This document shows, in pieces, positions 61,978 through 64,000 of a DNA stretch of 64,000 nt. Source of the DNA: an uncultured Acidobacteriota bacterium (GTDB lineage Bacteria; Acidobacteriota; Vicinamibacteria; Vicinamibacterales; 2-12-FULL-66-21). The DNA lies in the NCBI GenBank assembly GCA_963844245.1, contig CAWJNJ010000012.1, positions 12,339-76,338 on the forward strand. Reading direction: 5' to 3'. Below the pieces are notes generated by a model. That model saw only the letters and a list, made by a program, of their open reading frames with translations. It did no database searches and was not told the DNA's origin. Position 1 is the first letter of the stretch. Every line of letters begins with the position of its first letter. Position numbers and translations under genes: made by a program.

Positions 61978-62379
61978 TCAGCACATCGGGCCGTCTTCCG
62001 CCCGCGCCTGGCGCTCGAAGTAGTTCCCCTCGTAGGCACCCTGGCCCTGCATCCACGCCCACGCGCTCGCAAGCAGATACGCGGGAATGAACGCCGGACC
62101 CCACACCTCGCACTGGCGAACATGGACCCGCTCGTGCGCGCGGGTCCAGTCGAGCGTCTCGAGATCGCGGCCGGCGACGATGTGCCCGAAGGTGATGGCA
62201 GCAGCGCCGCCGCGGAGCGGCACAGCGTGTTGCAGGAGCCAGTCGATAACGGGTCCATGAATCTCGAGAACGCCATCGACGGTCTGCATGCCGCTCCGCG
62301 AACCTACGGCCGCCGGGAGGAGAACGAGCCCGATCAAGGTGTTCGGGAACGCCCATAAGTACTTCAGCCCGCGCGTCAC
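61978..62379 (-). CDS. Hypothetical protein with HExxH motif
   Basis: YLWAFPNTLIGL, AITFGHIV, HERVHVRQ, NYFERQA. Confidence 0.7.
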   Translation of the reverse strand: MTRGLKYLWAFPNTLIGLVLLPAAVGSRSGMQTVDGVLEIHGPVIDWLLQHAVPLRGGAAAITFGHIVAGRDLETLDWTRAHERVHVRQCEVWGPAFIPAYLLASAWAWMQGQGAYEGNYFERQARAEDGPMC

Positions 62380-62429
62380 GGCGCTGGCCGGGGACCGGTC
62401 CGAACCGATGGCCGCGGCTCGCGAGGCGG

Positions 62430-63018
62430 TCACGAGTACTCGAAGGGACCGAACGCCGCGTATCGGCCCGAATGGTCGGTACTGCACGCCGCCCTGGACT
62501 CGGCCAGTCCTCGATGCCGCGAGGCGCCGCGTTTGACCACCAGGCCCTGCCGGGAGCACGACCTCCGGATGCACCTCGGCCTGCGTCACAGGATTGCGGA
62601 TCGCCTGGAGTTCGAGCTCGACGACATTCTCGATCCTCGCGCGCGAGGCGAGGCCGTCCATGCTCACGTCGAAGCGGGCGGGTTCCGGGCGGCGAGCTCA
62701 TACGTCTTGATGAAGAGGACCCACGGGCCGCCGAACTCGCCGCGCAGCAGGTGGTGAGGGCGGCACGTTGCTGGTCATCGGCGCGATCGTCGATGTAGCA
62801 CGCGGCGCGTCCCCCGCCTTCGTGGATCGCGGCAGGCCAATCGGCGAACAGCGCGACGCCGAGACCATCGAGATTCACGTCCGGCAGTCCCCTTCGTCGA
62901 TCACCCAGATCCACCCGCCTTCACAGTGACCGCGGCTCGGCCGCGCGTTGAAGTTGCAGGGGCATCCCCAGTCGCAGTTGCACGCAACCAGTGCGTTTCC
63001 GTTCAGCCGCCACGCCAT
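62430..63018 (-). CDS. DUF1326 family protein, frameshifted
   Basis: Manual translation MAWRLNGNALVACNCDWGCPCNFNARPSRGHCEGG; WPAAIHEGGG..YIDDRADDQQRAAL. Confidence 0.8.
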
Positions 63019-63084
63019 CGAACCTCCCGTTTGCATCTCCGGGAATACTGGGGCGACTCGCCGATGGAGTCAAGCGGATATACA

Positions 63085-63803
63085 ATGCGCGATGCGCCGA
63101 TGCGCACCGACTCTTCCTTGCCCTCCTGATCCTGGTGACTCGCGTGTCTGGTGGTGGATTGTCGTCATGGCCCGCGACATGTACGGGCCGATGACGGGGG
63201 CCAGCGCGTGGATGATGACGCCGCACTGGGACACACCTCACTTGCTGCTGCTGTGGGCGATGTGGGCGGTGATGATGATCGCGATGATGTTGCCGTCGGC
63301 CGCGCCGATGATCCTCCTGGCCGGCGATGCTCCCCCGCCCTTACCTGCTCGGCCTCGGGTACATCGTCGTCTGGGCGGCTTCAGTGTCGGCGCACGGCGC
63401 TCCAGTGGGGCCTCGGGCGGTTCCTCGTGCTCACGCCGATGATGGAGGCGTCCAGCCGCAGCGTGGGCGCCATCTTCCTGCTCGTTGCCGGCCTCTACCA
63501 GTGGACGCCGTTGAAGCAGGCCTGCCTGTGGCGTGCCAGTCGCCCGTGGCGTTCGTGATGCGGCACTGGCGAAGCGGGTCATTGGGTGCTTTCCGGATGG
63601 GGATGAAACATGGGACGTATTGCGTCGGCTGCTGCTGGGCGCTGATGCTGTTGCTCTTTGCGGGCGGGGTGATGAACCTGGGGGTGATTGCGGCGCTGAC
63701 GATATTCGTGGCGTTCGAGAAGCTGCTTCCTTTCGGGTGCAGAGCGCGCGGGTCAGCGGTGTTCTGCTCCTCGCCGCCGCGGCTGGATGTACTCGCCGGC
63801 TGA
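63085..63803 (+). CDS. DUF2182 predicted metal-binding membrane protein, frameshifted
   Basis: MWAVMMIAMMLPSAAP; YQWTPLKQACL; G.YCVGCCWALMLLLFAGGVMN. Confidence 0.82.
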
Positions 63804-63819
63804 CGTAGAATGACGCCCG

Positions 63820-64000
63820 ATGACAACACGATCGCCTTTCCTGCCGGCACTCGTGACCGCCGCCTCCCTCGCTTGCGTTGTCGCGGCGGTCGCGCAGACG
63901 CCGCCAGCGCGCTCGCTCTACGACCGCTACACGGAGCCGATTCCGATCTACAAGACCGGGCTCGGCACGTTCACGCGGCCGATGTCGTCGAAGAACAAGG
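63820..64000 (+). CDS. 5' end of a probable secreted protein, truncated by the window
   Basis: ATG 63820, hydrophobic signal-like stretch, then SLYDRYTEPIPIYKTGLGTFTRPMSS. Confidence 0.45.
   Translation, partial: MTTRSPFLPALVTAASLACVVAAVAQTPPARSLYDRYTEPIPIYKTGLGTFTRPMSSKNK

Overview
High-GC bacterial chromosome segment. The gene content (ADOP-type duplicated ABC permeases, an acidobacterial VWA protein, an M14 peptidase) suggests Acidobacteriota, probably Vicinamibacteria-like; this is inference only. Many genes carry single-base frameshifts, densest at 1-6.5 kb and beyond 61 kb, which points to long-read indel errors rather than true pseudogenes. Contents in order: a ClpP-like peptidase coupled to a histidine kinase; a likely sigma54-driven adaptor/ABC ATPase/ADOP operon with its NtrC-type two-component system; a nucleoside-salvage cluster (amidohydrolase-hpt-rpiB-deoC, divergent upp); a membrane MutS-like ATPase; two metallophosphoesterases; a large SPFH protein; tRNA-Val(CAC); uvrB-mlaEFD; a DHH phosphoesterase; greA, rarA and mutL; an ECF sigma/anti-sigma/beta-helix-RDD operon; corA-tsaA, rsmH, two trans-sulfuration enzymes and DUF genes. 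Best leads: (1) an unannotated c-di-AMP (ydaO/yuaA) riboswitch whose pseudoknot covers the Shine-Dalgarno of a repeat-containing SPFH gene; (2) DeoC and RpiB with microcompartment-type N-terminal extensions in a salvage cluster that has no shell genes and includes a signal-peptide-bearing deaminase; (3) a ~78-bp duplication of the mutS-like gene start; (4) an in-frame DUF2164/esterase chimera. No CRISPR array, rRNA, integrase or transposase was seen. All family calls rest on motif recognition, not database searches.
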